The notes under the pieces were generated by a model. That model was not told the origin of the DNA. It was given only the letters and a program-made list of their open reading frames with translations, and did not search any database. The position numbers and the translations under genes were made by a program. From positions 1 through 64,000 of IMG/VR virus record IMGVR_UViG_3300009037_000004: DNA of 64,000 nt. One strand, 5' to 3'. Source of the DNA: a virus. Its lineage: Duplodnaviria > Caudoviricetes. Position 1 is the first letter of the stretch, and each line of letters begins with the position of its first letter. Positions 1 through 8,669 of this stretch are shown piece by piece.

Positions 1-535
1 CGACCGGCGGGGTCGCTCCCTGGAGCGCCGAAGCGTTCAGGGCGGTGACCGAACCACCGTTGGCCTCGGCCTGGAGGGCCTGGACAGCGGCCTCGATGTG
101 GATGGTCCACTCGCGGTCCTCGATCTCCTGGATGTCCTTCACCGAGTTGTCCTCGATGACCTTGGTGATCGGCATTTCGTAGGCCAGGAGCTCCTGCTCC
201 GTCTTCTCGAACTTCTCCGAGCTGACGGTCCAGAAAGCCACCTCGGCACGGGGCGCGCGGATGAAGCGGGCCTCGGGCTGACCGCGGAAGGTCAGGGCCA
301 TCGCGCGGCTCTTGGGCTCCACGTCCACGATCTTCACGAGCGTGTCGTGGTTGACGGACCGCTGGCAGTCCGCCCTGGTCACCATCTGGGGCGGCTGGAC
401 CTTGCGGGCGTAGCTCACCTCACGGAGACGGTCGCGGACGTAGGTGCCGGCGTACTCGGCGATCTTCTCTTTCCCCTCGGCCGTCCCCACCTTGTTGGTG
501 AAGAGGTCGTTCAGGACTCTTGCGGGAACGCTCAT
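1..535 (-). CDS. Major capsid protein, 5' part (runs off the window)
   Basis: Not in the ORF track; read manually as MSVPARVLNDLFTNKVGTAEGKEKIAEYAGTYVRDRLREVSYARKVQPP...TLVKIVDVEPKSRAMALTFRGQP...EQELLAYEMPITKVIEDNSVKDIQEIED. AAGGAG RBS, strongly biased codons, and it follows the protease/scaffold/decoration-like genes. Confidence 0.7.
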   Translation of the reverse strand, partial: MSVPARVLNDLFTNKVGTAEGKEKIAEYAGTYVRDRLREVSYARKVQPPQMVTRADCQRSVNHDTLVKIVDVEPKSRAMALTFRGQPEARFIRAPRAEVAFWTVSSEKFEKTEQELLAYEMPITKVIEDNSVKDIQEIEDREWTIHIEAAVQALQAEANGGSVTALNASALQGATPPV

Positions 536-565
536 CGTGATTCTCCTTCGTGATCCTCTCCTGGC

Positions 566-1018
566 CTAGACCAGGGTCTGGATGAAGCGCAGCTTGTTGC
601 CGTTGTCGTTCGGGTGACGGGTGACGTAGCCGATGACCTCGCCGGACGAGTAGTTCGCCAGGCCGGACTTCGTTTTCCCATCCGGTCCGGTGACGCTCGC
701 GCTGATCTGGAGCTTGCCCAGGAGCGTGAGGCCAGCGGCGGTGAAGATCAGGGTGTCGGCTTCGTAGGTCATGCCGAACAGCACCGTCGTCTTCCCAAGA
801 GCCTGGACGTCGAAACGCCCCTTCTCCGCGAAGACTGCCCAGCCGATGCTTCCATCGACGCCACGGATGAGCTTGTAGCTGCTGTTGAGGTTCATGAACT
901 CGCCATCCAGTAGCGGGTTCGTTCCGTTCGGATTCGCCAGGGTCCGGTCGTTGAGGGGGAAATCCCTCCGGAGGACCGGAATGAGTTCCGTGATCAGAGT
1001 GAAGTTCGAAACGGACAT
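566..1018 (-). CDS. Putative capsid decoration/cement protein
   Basis: 150-aa beta-rich protein immediately upstream of the capsid gene, with AGGAG RBS. Call is from position. Confidence 0.5.
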   Translation of the reverse strand: MSVSNFTLITELIPVLRRDFPLNDRTLANPNGTNPLLDGEFMNLNSSYKLIRGVDGSIGWAVFAEKGRFDVQALGKTTVLFGMTYEADTLIFTAAGLTLLGKLQISASVTGPDGKTKSGLANYSSGEVIGYVTRHPNDNGNKLRFIQTLV

Positions 1019-1048
1019 TGAAGTTCTCCTTGGTTTTCCGGTTGGCTG

Positions 1049-1441
1049 CTACTCGGAGAGCCCACCCAGGATGTACGCCGTGAGAGCATCCGCACCGTTA
1101 CCCGGCGCCTCCGCTCCTGCCAGCTTCCCGAGAGCCCCATTGGGGGCCGACATCTCGATCGCCTCTTCGATGACGTCGAGCTTCCGGCCACGAGTCTCCG
1201 CCTCCTTGATCCGCTCGACCTTCTCCTCGAAGGTGGTGCCAGGGTCGATGCCCTTGGTCTCCATCGTGCGAGCGATCTTCTCGATTCGGTCGGATTTCTC
1301 GTACTCCCGCAGCTTGGTCTCCACACCCGCCAGCTTCGTGCGCAACTCGTCCCTCTCGGAGACGAGTGCCCGAAGAACACCTGGAACCTCGGCGTAGACC
1401 TGCGCGGCCTGGGCAGCACTGATCTTGGTCTGGCTCATCAT
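1049..1441 (-). CDS. Head-associated coiled-coil protein (scaffold-like)
   Basis: Charged coiled coil in the head operon, GGAGG RBS, K-x-[AS] motifs. Confidence 0.45.
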   Translation of the reverse strand: MMSQTKISAAQAAQVYAEVPGVLRALVSERDELRTKLAGVETKLREYEKSDRIEKIARTMETKGIDPGTTFEEKVERIKEAETRGRKLDVIEEAIEMSAPNGALGKLAGAEAPGNGADALTAYILGGLSE

Positions 1442-1447
1442 GTCCTC

Positions 1448-2545
1448 CTAGTACCCACCCGAGATGGGCATTGCGCTGCTACCGAAGGCGGCTTCCTTCT
1501 TCTCTTCCTGCTTGGCCTTGAGGGCTTCGTGCAGCTTCGCAGCCCTCTCCTTCTCCTCGGGCGAAGCATCGTCCTTCGCCCCCTCCTCCGCGATCTTGCG
1601 GAGGAGAGCCCTTGCCGCCACCGCTGATGAGAGCTTCACGCCCGCGCCGGCAGCAGAGTCGAGGTTTTCATGAAGCACCGGATCCGTGGACTTCTTCTGG
1701 GCTGGTTCGTCGATCACCTCACCCATCCGTTCCTTGGGTACGGCCTTCGCCTGCTGCTTGGTGTAGTCCCTTGCAGCTTCGTTGGAGTTGATCATGCTCT
1801 CCTGCCGGCTGGCTTCGCCGGGAAGAGAGGGGACGTCCTCACCGCTCTTGGACGCATCCGGGGGGACGTCATTGTGCGTGGCCTTGATCTGGGCGGCGGA
1901 TACGTCCTCGCCGGCCATCTTGCTCATGATACCCAGGACGCGGTTGACCTGCGCTGTCTTCTGCTTCCTGCTGATGAGGAGAGCAGCCGACTGTTTCATC
2001 TTGTCCTGGTGCGTCCAGTTCTCACTCCCGCCGGGAGGAGTGGTGGCGTCGGTCTTGAGGGAAGTTCCGGGGTTGGTCTGGCCGGGAGACTTGGTGTCCG
2101 ACCCCGTGGCCATCGGCGGCTTGCCGGTCTTGGCCTCTCCCGTCTCCTCCGACTGGACGCCGGGGGTGGGGGAGTTGACGTTGGTCTCCAGGGACGTCTG
2201 GCCGATGCCAGGTCCGATCCCCGGGGTGACGGTGTGGGGCGGGGGCGGCATGGTCTCGCCAACCGCTTCCTTCGTCAGGAAATGGTTGTTGAGATACTCC
2301 ACTGCCGACGCGAGCTTCTCCACGAACACGGAGGAGGTCTTCTCCCCATAACTCTCGTAGTTCCGCTCGGGGGTGTTGCCCGTCTCCTTGGGAGCGCCCT
2401 TGTTTTCGAAGCCGCTCTCTTTTTCCTTCTCGTCTTTCTTCTTGGACTCGTCCCGATCAGGCTCCTGCTGAAGCTGCGCGATCTTGACCCGCTCCTCAGC
2501 TTCGGCAAGCGACTGCCGGACCATGTCCTGTAGAGAGAATCGCAT
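1448..2545 (-). CDS. Head-associated low-complexity protein with many K-x-A motifs
   Basis: Start moved to MRFSLQDM (GAGGAG RBS). Motifs include KIAQ, KLAS, KEAV, KTAQ, KMAG, KIAE and KEAA. Confidence 0.6.
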   Translation of the reverse strand: MRFSLQDMVRQSLAEAEERVKIAQLQQEPDRDESKKKDEKEKESGFENKGAPKETGNTPERNYESYGEKTSSVFVEKLASAVEYLNNHFLTKEAVGETMPPPPHTVTPGIGPGIGQTSLETNVNSPTPGVQSEETGEAKTGKPPMATGSDTKSPGQTNPGTSLKTDATTPPGGSENWTHQDKMKQSAALLISRKQKTAQVNRVLGIMSKMAGEDVSAAQIKATHNDVPPDASKSGEDVPSLPGEASRQESMINSNEAARDYTKQQAKAVPKERMGEVIDEPAQKKSTDPVLHENLDSAAGAGVKLSSAVAARALLRKIAEEGAKDDASPEEKERAAKLHEALKAKQEEKKEAAFGSSAMPISGGY

Positions 2546-2568
2546 CTGATTTCTCCTCTCGTGTCCCA

Positions 2569-2880
2569 TCATCGTACCCCAAAGACCACATTGGGAGGCG
2601 GAGTACTTCGCTCCGCCGCACCCTGAGCAGGGTTGGCTGATGGGGAGGTGTCGATGTTCGGTTGCGCGTAGTCTGGTGGTCGCTTGCCGTACTGCGACGC
2701 TGGACCAACCAGCTTGGGGCTGAGAGAGGCAGGAGGTGTCGGCGCTCGGTCTGCCTGGATCGGTGGGGTCTTCGCCCGTGGTGCACCCACGGTCTTTGAC
2801 GACCACACGCTCGAGGAAGATCGAGCTTGTGCCCCGATCTTCTCCAGCTCATCCCAGAACGCCGTCATCATCTCTTCCAC
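2569..2880 (-). CDS. Small putative internal head protein with AFWDELEKIG leader
   Basis: Fills the gap in the operon and shares the F-x-DEL-x-K-I leader with other genes. Confidence 0.6.
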   Translation of the reverse strand: MEEMMTAFWDELEKIGAQARSSSSVWSSKTVGAPRAKTPPIQADRAPTPPASLSPKLVGPASQYGKRPPDYAQPNIDTSPSANPAQGAAERSTPPPNVVFGVR

Positions 2881-2905
2881 GCTCAGTCACCCAAGCTGTT
2901 CGGAC

Positions 2906-3745
2906 CTACTGCTCCCACTCCACCGGAATGCCGGACTCTTCGCAGATCTGGAGGGCGCGGAGCTCGAGCGCCTGGTCGAGAGCCGATGCCTGCTTCTCCT
3001 GAGTCTGGACCAAGAGGTTGCCCTGCTCGTCCACGTACCCGGCCTGCTTCGCCATCTCGAACGCCCTCTGCTGGGCGAGGGCTTCGAACGCGGAGCCTTC
3101 CTTCGTCGCCTCGGGTTCCTTCTTGCCCTTGACGGCGCTGTGGACACCCTTGGTTGCGAGCGCGGTCGCCCCGAGAGCTGCGACTGCCCCTTCCGGCGAC
3201 GACTTGATCGCCCGACCTACCTGCTTCGCCCTGTCCGCGAGGGAGGTACCTTTGCCAACGGCGCCCTTCAGGTGGCTCACTGCCTCACGCGCGGCTGCCC
3301 CACGGCCGCCGGCGAAGTTCTTCAGCTTGTTCACGAGCCCCAGCCCCTTCTCCGACATCGCCTGCTTCTCGATGTCGCGGAGCTCCTGCACCATGGAGTG
3401 CGCCATCACGCGCCCCAGGAAGTCGGCCTCGGCTGCCTTCTCCTTGGCCTCTTCTTCCTTCTCTTCCTTCTCCTTGGACTCGCCCTTCTCGTGCTCCTGG
3501 CCGAACTGGCTGTCCTTCTCCTTGGCCTTGGCCTCTTCCTTCTTCTCCTCCGCCGGGGTCTCTTCCGCTGACTTGTAGAGGTTGCCGATCATCTCGGCGA
3601 TCTCATTGTCGTTGAACCGAGCGAGGTCCACACCCTCTTCCTCCGCGAGCTTCACGAGGAGCTCCGCGGCGGCCATCTTCTCGATGTCGTTCTGCTCGGG
3701 CTCGTAGTTGCCGGTGCCGTAGATTGCGGCGAGGTCACGATCCAT
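2906..3745 (-). CDS. Head-associated/scaffold-like protein with an embedded Gly-rich amphipathic segment
   Basis: AAGGAG RBS, acidic helices, motifs KMAA, KLAE, KSAE, KAAE, KQAM and KQAS. Confidence 0.6.
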   Translation of the reverse strand: MDRDLAAIYGTGNYEPEQNDIEKMAAAELLVKLAEEEGVDLARFNDNEIAEMIGNLYKSAEETPAEEKKEEAKAKEKDSQFGQEHEKGESKEKEEKEEEAKEKAAEADFLGRVMAHSMVQELRDIEKQAMSEKGLGLVNKLKNFAGGRGAAAREAVSHLKGAVGKGTSLADRAKQVGRAIKSSPEGAVAALGATALATKGVHSAVKGKKEPEATKEGSAFEALAQQRAFEMAKQAGYVDEQGNLLVQTQEKQASALDQALELRALQICEESGIPVEWEQ

Positions 3746-3831
3746 TTGAAGATCTCCTTTTCGGTTGCGTTCGTTCTGTTGCCTTCGATGATCCGTTTCT
3801 TCGAGGTCTCAGCCCCTCACGCTCACCGAAG

Positions 3832-5832
3832 CTAGACATCCGGCTTATCTGCGAAGCCTGCGATGCCTTGGACGATCCTACGGGGGATCGTTGACCCTTG
3901 TTGGTGCAATGCTCCCATGCCCGCCAGGAACATGAGCAGCTTTGGATACTCCGCTGCGAAGTTCGTGATCGGGCCGACTGGCTCTTGTACACCCATCCGA
4001 GCTCGTTCCCTCTGCCACCGTGCGTATTCACTGAGAGCGTAACCACCACCGATTGCACCTAACAACACCGCTGGATTAACCTTTGCGCCAGCGGCGTTTT
4101 TCTCGAAACCGGTTGCCAGTCCCTCTCGGAAGACCGTTTCCCAAAGATCGGAATGGCTGCTCACAATATCTGCTGCTTGCTTCAGGCAGTCAACTGCCCG
4201 ATCTAGGTAGCCATTATAGGCTGCCGCGATCTTGCATAGGAAGGGACTTTCTGCTGTCTTCAACTTCTCCACCTTCAAGGTGTTACCCCAAGGCTCCTTG
4301 TGCAGCTCTGGAGGCTCACCCTCACCACCGATGGAGGTCGGGATCATACGACGCTTGGCGATCGGCTCCAACATGCTGCGCCCTTCCAAGAACGGCATCA
4401 GGAGTCTCTTGATGATATCGCTGAAATGTTCAGGACCCATCGGCACGGTCGTGTCACGTTCCCCAGACTGGGGAATGACCATGCTATCGCGATCCATCTG
4501 ATCTGCCAGATCTTTACGACCCAAGCTGATGATGGTGATGCGCTGGAATTCACGGGGCCGGAGGAGCATGCCCATAGAGGTGGGTGTAGATAGGGCCTCG
4601 TGTAGGGGACACTTTCCGAGTTGATCGAGAATCTCGTTTGGAAGATCGGGAGTTGAATGTTCTGTGGGCACTGCCTTACCGCCAAACTGCGATGGCACGA
4701 CCTCTTTTGTAATCTCCGCACCCTTGTGATGGGAAGCCTTTTTTTCCCGCAATCTCGCACGCACCAGGTCCAAACCAGCCTGCTTCTCCTCCGGCATCTC
4801 GGACTTGGCCACGCCCTTCCGCGCCATAGTGATTGCACGGTTGAGACTCATCTTTTCGGGATGGTATCTCTTCCCCGTCGCACGGACTACCTCACGCAGC
4901 ACTTGCCGAACTGGGACGGCCGCGACTTTCTCGAAATCCTTCTCGATCTCCGGCTGATACCCTAACTCCTCCGCGAGATGCCATGAAGGCACGACCTCGG
5001 AATGATAACCCAGGGTCACGTGAGCTAGCTTCGCCATCACCTTTGCGGTCTTGTCGGCTCCGATGAAGACGAAACTGATGTCGAAGAACCTGGGGAAGTC
5101 GTTGATCGCGTAGATCTTAGTCCCATCCGACAAGATCTTGTTGAGCTGAGTCTTGAGGTGCTCGCAATAATCATTCCTCGTGACCGACAATCCACGGATC
5201 GGATTCCGGCGATGGAAGACAAGAACAGCCTGCCCCACCGACTGGTGGAGGGAAGGATCGTAGGTGGACTGGGCATCACGGTATTTCGCCCAGTCTGTAC
5301 ACTTGGAGCAGAGGTCGTAGGGCACCTTGCATCCCATACTGACGTCGGGGAAGAGACCGTGATCGAGCTTGTCGCAGATGTCCTGAGCACCGAACTTAGC
5401 CGCCAACTCGCGATCTATGCAGACCACGAGCTCGACACGCTTCATCTCATCATGCCAGGCACTGATCTTCACCTCGCCGAAGGACCGGCTGGGATCTTTG
5501 TTGACGTGGTGCTTGTAAGGATGGGCCTGGTAGAAGGTCTCGTAACCGTAGATTGGGCCACGATGAATCAGCGACCCTTCTGGGAAGTAGTCGCCGTTGA
5601 TGTTCGATCCCCAGTACTCTCCCGCGCCCAGGGCGTTGACCAGGACGTAGATCTTCGAGGGGTCCGGCATGAGATGCTGGAGGAACTGCTGAACCTCCGG
5701 CAGCATCGGCTGAGCCGTCTTGCCCATGGCGAAGAAGGCAGCCGCCTTCTCGATCTCACCAGGTCGGAAGACCTCGACTAGACGCTCACCCTGATCGCGC
5801 CGAGCGCGAAACTGGCAGACCTTGATGATCAT
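3832..5832 (-). CDS. Prohead (capsid maturation) protease with Zn-finger insert and long C-terminal extension
   Basis: N-x-N-G-D-x-F, HPYKHH (candidate catalytic His), DVSMGC (candidate catalytic Ser), CSKC...YCEH, and FFDISFVFIGAD, which resembles the E-x-S-x-V..PA motif of HK97-type proteases. Lies upstream of the capsid gene. Confidence 0.75.
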   Translation of the reverse strand: MIIKVCQFRARRDQGERLVEVFRPGEIEKAAAFFAMGKTAQPMLPEVQQFLQHLMPDPSKIYVLVNALGAGEYWGSNINGDYFPEGSLIHRGPIYGYETFYQAHPYKHHVNKDPSRSFGEVKISAWHDEMKRVELVVCIDRELAAKFGAQDICDKLDHGLFPDVSMGCKVPYDLCSKCTDWAKYRDAQSTYDPSLHQSVGQAVLVFHRRNPIRGLSVTRNDYCEHLKTQLNKILSDGTKIYAINDFPRFFDISFVFIGADKTAKVMAKLAHVTLGYHSEVVPSWHLAEELGYQPEIEKDFEKVAAVPVRQVLREVVRATGKRYHPEKMSLNRAITMARKGVAKSEMPEEKQAGLDLVRARLREKKASHHKGAEITKEVVPSQFGGKAVPTEHSTPDLPNEILDQLGKCPLHEALSTPTSMGMLLRPREFQRITIISLGRKDLADQMDRDSMVIPQSGERDTTVPMGPEHFSDIIKRLLMPFLEGRSMLEPIAKRRMIPTSIGGEGEPPELHKEPWGNTLKVEKLKTAESPFLCKIAAAYNGYLDRAVDCLKQAADIVSSHSDLWETVFREGLATGFEKNAAGAKVNPAVLLGAIGGGYALSEYARWQRERARMGVQEPVGPITNFAAEYPKLLMFLAGMGALHQQGSTIPRRIVQGIAGFADKPDV

Positions 5833-6492
5833 CTACGCGTACTCTTTTTCAGTACGTCCAAGTTCTTCCCCGCCCGGCCCAAAACGACGTTCGCCGATCA
5901 GACGTGGCTGGGGAGACTGGACCTGCGCCGGTGCCAGTGCGGGCAGGGGGGAGAACTTCATCGAATCCAGGAATGGATGGCTCCCTCGAGCTTGAGACAG
6001 ATTCCTCGTGGTCTCGCTCAACAGCTTCGACGTCTCGATCGGGATCATGGGTCCACCCTCGGGGGCCCGTTCCATCATCTGGTGAACGAAAGAGCCCGCG
6101 ATGAGCGGATCCTTAGCCATGTCCGGTGACATGGCACGAAGGGAGTTGTAGAGGGACTGGATATGCCCAGCGTCCTCTTTGTGCAGGCGAGGATTGGCCT
6201 CCATCATCTGCTTGAAGTCACGCGCTTTCGCGAATCGTTCTCGGATGGCGCCGACTCCTTTGCCAGCTCCCGCGAAAGCAGCGCCCAGGAGTCCTGTGCC
6301 GATGGCCCCCGGCAGGATCGAGCCCGTTCCTCGAGCTATGACCTGCCCCAGACTTTGAGCTGCCTCCGACGTGGGCGGATGTTGCTGTAATCCTTCGGAG
6401 AAGGCGTGCCAGAGGTTCCCCAAGAAACCCGCTTCCTTTGTCTTAGGGGCCTCCTGAAGAGCAAGAAACTCCTCGACTGGATTTTTCGACAT
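5833..6492 (-). CDS. Putative virion protein with KEAG motif and Gly-rich hydrophobic segment
   Basis: Start moved to MSKNPVEEF, just after the upstream stop. Contains GAIGTGLLGAAFAGAG. Confidence 0.6.
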   Translation of the reverse strand: MSKNPVEEFLALQEAPKTKEAGFLGNLWHAFSEGLQQHPPTSEAAQSLGQVIARGTGSILPGAIGTGLLGAAFAGAGKGVGAIRERFAKARDFKQMMEANPRLHKEDAGHIQSLYNSLRAMSPDMAKDPLIAGSFVHQMMERAPEGGPMIPIETSKLLSETTRNLSQARGSHPFLDSMKFSPLPALAPAQVQSPQPRLIGERRFGPGGEELGRTEKEYA

Positions 6493-6494
6493 GG

Positions 6495-6785
6495 CTAGTA
6501 CCCGTAACCTTGCTGGGCCTGGCGGAGAGCCCTCTCGTACTTCCACTGCTGGTACTTGTTCTTCAGGGCCTGCCCCGTCTGAGTCTGAAGGGCCTTGTGG
6601 ATGCCGTAAGCGCCCGCCGCAGCCGGAAAAAGGCCAACCGCTGTCCCCGCAATCGGGTGACCTGCTTCCGCCAGTTCCTTACCGGCCTTGCGAGCTGTCT
6701 GGTGCAAGGCTCTGAGAACTCCTACCTTCTCCGCGATCTTCTCCCGGCTCAGGAGTGCCATCGCTAGGGCAAGCTTCGGTGTCAT
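6495..6785 (-). CDS. Small putative virion protein (EKIA motif, Gly/Ala-rich TM-like segment)
   Basis: ATGA overlap with the upstream gene; IAGTAVGLFPAAAGAYG. Confidence 0.6.
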   Translation of the reverse strand: MTPKLALAMALLSREKIAEKVGVLRALHQTARKAGKELAEAGHPIAGTAVGLFPAAAGAYGIHKALQTQTGQALKNKYQQWKYERALRQAQQGYGY

Positions 6786-7705
6786 GCCATCGCCTCCAGC
6801 CTGCGATTCACATCGTGGAGCTGGTCATTGACGATCTCGATCGCCTTCTCCAGTTTGGCGTGCTCGTGGGAGATTTTCGTGAGGGCGATGAAGCGATCGA
6901 CGACTGGATGGTTGGTGTTGGGAATCCTCTGGCCAGCCAGCTTGGCGATCGGGGTGAAGGACAAGCTGGCTTCCTTCGTCATCCCACTCGCCTTCAGATG
7001 CCCGGAGACCATCAGCATGGCCTCCTTCCACATCTGGGTCGGGGCGTAGCCATGCCAGGCCTTTCCGATGTCCTCCAGAGCCGTCCCGGCCAGAACTTCC
7101 CGGCGAACGGACTCGCAGAGGTCGTGGCGGACGTCGTGGAGGAGCACGCCGGAGGAAGCGTACTTGCTCCTCAGGTCGTCCCGGACACCTTCCAGACGTA
7201 CGCGAAGGTCTGCGATCTCCTCCCCCGGGTTCGCCCGGATGGCGTGATCGAGCTGGGCGGTCTTTTCCATCTCCGACTTGATGCCGAATGCCTCGGCCAG
7301 GATCGAATCGGAGGCCATCGCGGTCTTGTAGTGACCGATGGGCGGCTGGTATCCGGCGGTCTTGACCTGCCTGGGCGGGGGGGAGGAACCATCGTTGAGA
7401 TCTTGGAGGACGGCGGCTGGGTTGGCTGGCCCACCATCGAAGGTCACGTTCCTGACCTCACCGCCCTTCTCGAACTCCATGAGGTAAGCAGCGGTGTTGG
7501 CGAACTCGCACACGCGCTTCACCTGCTCGGGAGCCAGCCGGGCTTCCTTCACGATCTCCACCACCGCCTCGTTCAACGGCGTACGCTGTTCTGCGTAGAG
7601 AGCCGCTGCCCTCTTCCCCATCACCTCGAGCTGTTCTGGATCGACGTTCTTAGCGGCCTGCTGCTGGGCAAGACCGAGAGGAATGGCACCGGCCTGATCG
7701 CTCAT
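6782..7705 (-). CDS. Putative virion/head protein, first gene of the head operon
   Basis: Start MSDQAG with AAAGGTG RBS; K-x-A motifs KTAG, KTAM, KTAQ, KEAS and KLAG. Confidence 0.6.
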   Translation of the reverse strand: MSDQAGAIPLGLAQQQAAKNVDPEQLEVMGKRAAALYAEQRTPLNEAVVEIVKEARLAPEQVKRVCEFANTAAYLMEFEKGGEVRNVTFDGGPANPAAVLQDLNDGSSPPPRQVKTAGYQPPIGHYKTAMASDSILAEAFGIKSEMEKTAQLDHAIRANPGEEIADLRVRLEGVRDDLRSKYASSGVLLHDVRHDLCESVRREVLAGTALEDIGKAWHGYAPTQMWKEAMLMVSGHLKASGMTKEASLSFTPIAKLAGQRIPNTNHPVVDRFIALTKISHEHAKLEKAIEIVNDQLHDVNRRLEAMA

Positions 7706-7722
7706 CGTGTCACCTTTGGTCA

Positions 7723-7752
7723 ATCATAGGTTCGTGATTCCCGTTCTGTCAA
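7723..7752 (-). promoter_or_regulatory. Sigma70-like promoter of the head operon, TTGACA-N18-TATGAT
   Basis: Near-consensus hexamers read directly on the minus strand upstream of the ATG at 7705. Confidence 0.75.
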
Positions 7753-7763
7753 TCACGGCGGGC

Positions 7764-7792
7764 TTGTACACCGTGTGCGCGGTCTCTAGTAT
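7764..7792 (+). promoter_or_regulatory. Divergent sigma70-like promoter, TTGTAC-N17-TAGTAT
   Basis: Lies upstream of the plus-strand gene at 7827. Confidence 0.45.
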
Positions 7793-7826
7793 AGGTAGCA
7801 TGCACCCCAGGGAGATGGGAAGTCCA

Positions 7827-8321
7827 ATGGAAGATGAGTTCAGGATCAGGAAACTGGAAGCACGACTAGCGAATGCGGAGAAGCAGATTCAGTTCCTCCT
7901 CCACATCAACGGTCTTGACCTCTCCGCCATGCGAGATGCGCCGGATGAGGAGCTTCTGAAGTACTACCGGGACGCTGTGACCCTCCTAGGACTACGAAAG
8001 GAGCAACTCGCGCCGGACGTGATATCGGTCTGGGGCGAGCTCTTCCTCCAGCTCTCCGAATACGAGATGGTGCGCCTCCAGGAGCTGGTTGGGTGTGATC
8101 ATACCTGGGAGCCGTTCTATCTCCTAGTCGTCCGGATGATGACCTCCGTCCGCCAGCGGAAGAACTTCGCCAAGACTCCCGTCCTCAAGAACCTCTATGC
8201 GCTCCTTGATCGTGGCCGGAAGAACATCCGCGACTCCGCGATGATCATGATCCAAAATCACCCCCAGAATGTCCCCCAGGCTGCAAAAGCCCTCCTAAAT
8301 GATCGTTCCATTGCTGTTTAG
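7827..8321 (+). CDS. Hypothetical helical protein
   Basis: Start MEDEFRIRK after a GGAG-containing leader; protein-like composition. Confidence 0.6.
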   Translation: MEDEFRIRKLEARLANAEKQIQFLLHINGLDLSAMRDAPDEELLKYYRDAVTLLGLRKEQLAPDVISVWGELFLQLSEYEMVRLQELVGCDHTWEPFYLLVVRMMTSVRQRKNFAKTPVLKNLYALLDRGRKNIRDSAMIMIQNHPQNVPQAAKALLNDRSIAV

Positions 8322-8352
8322 CCCTCCAGACTGAAAATCCAGGGGGTTTCCT

Positions 8353-8362
8353 GGCATAAGAC
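8353..8362 (+). promoter_or_regulatory. GGCATAAG motif, putative phage-RNAP promoter
   Basis: Intergenic variant of the GGTATAAG motif found at 23269, 31082 and 48160. Confidence 0.5.
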
Positions 8363-8417
8363 CTTTGAAGACGAGAATGCCAACTTGTCCTCGTAAACCC
8401 TTGCAAGGAGATCGAAA

Positions 8418-8630
8418 ATGGCAGACCCGAAGGTCAAGGCCGAAGCCCTGGCCGGTGAGCTCACCAACACCGGCGAGCCCTCCGCTCCCCTCCTCACCCC
8501 CGGCCGGACCGGCTTCATCGCCGGGCTCGGCACCGCCGGGCTCGGCTACCTGGTCTACAGAGGAATCAGGTGGCTGGCGACGCCCCGCGTTGTCGCCGAG
8601 GCGTTCTCCCGGGCGATCGGCATCCGCTAG
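8418..8630 (+). CDS. Small membrane protein
   Basis: AAGGAG RBS, one Gly-rich TM-like helix, followed by a terminator. Confidence 0.65.
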   Translation: MADPKVKAEALAGELTNTGEPSAPLLTPGRTGFIAGLGTAGLGYLVYRGIRWLATPRVVAEAFSRAIGIR

Positions 8631-8642
8631 TCCCTCCCTCCC

Positions 8643-8669
8643 GAAGCGCCCCGCCAGGCGCTTCTCTTT
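8643..8669 (+). terminator. Intrinsic terminator
   Basis: GAAGCGCC/GGCGCTTC stem followed by TCTTT, between convergent genes. Confidence 0.6.
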
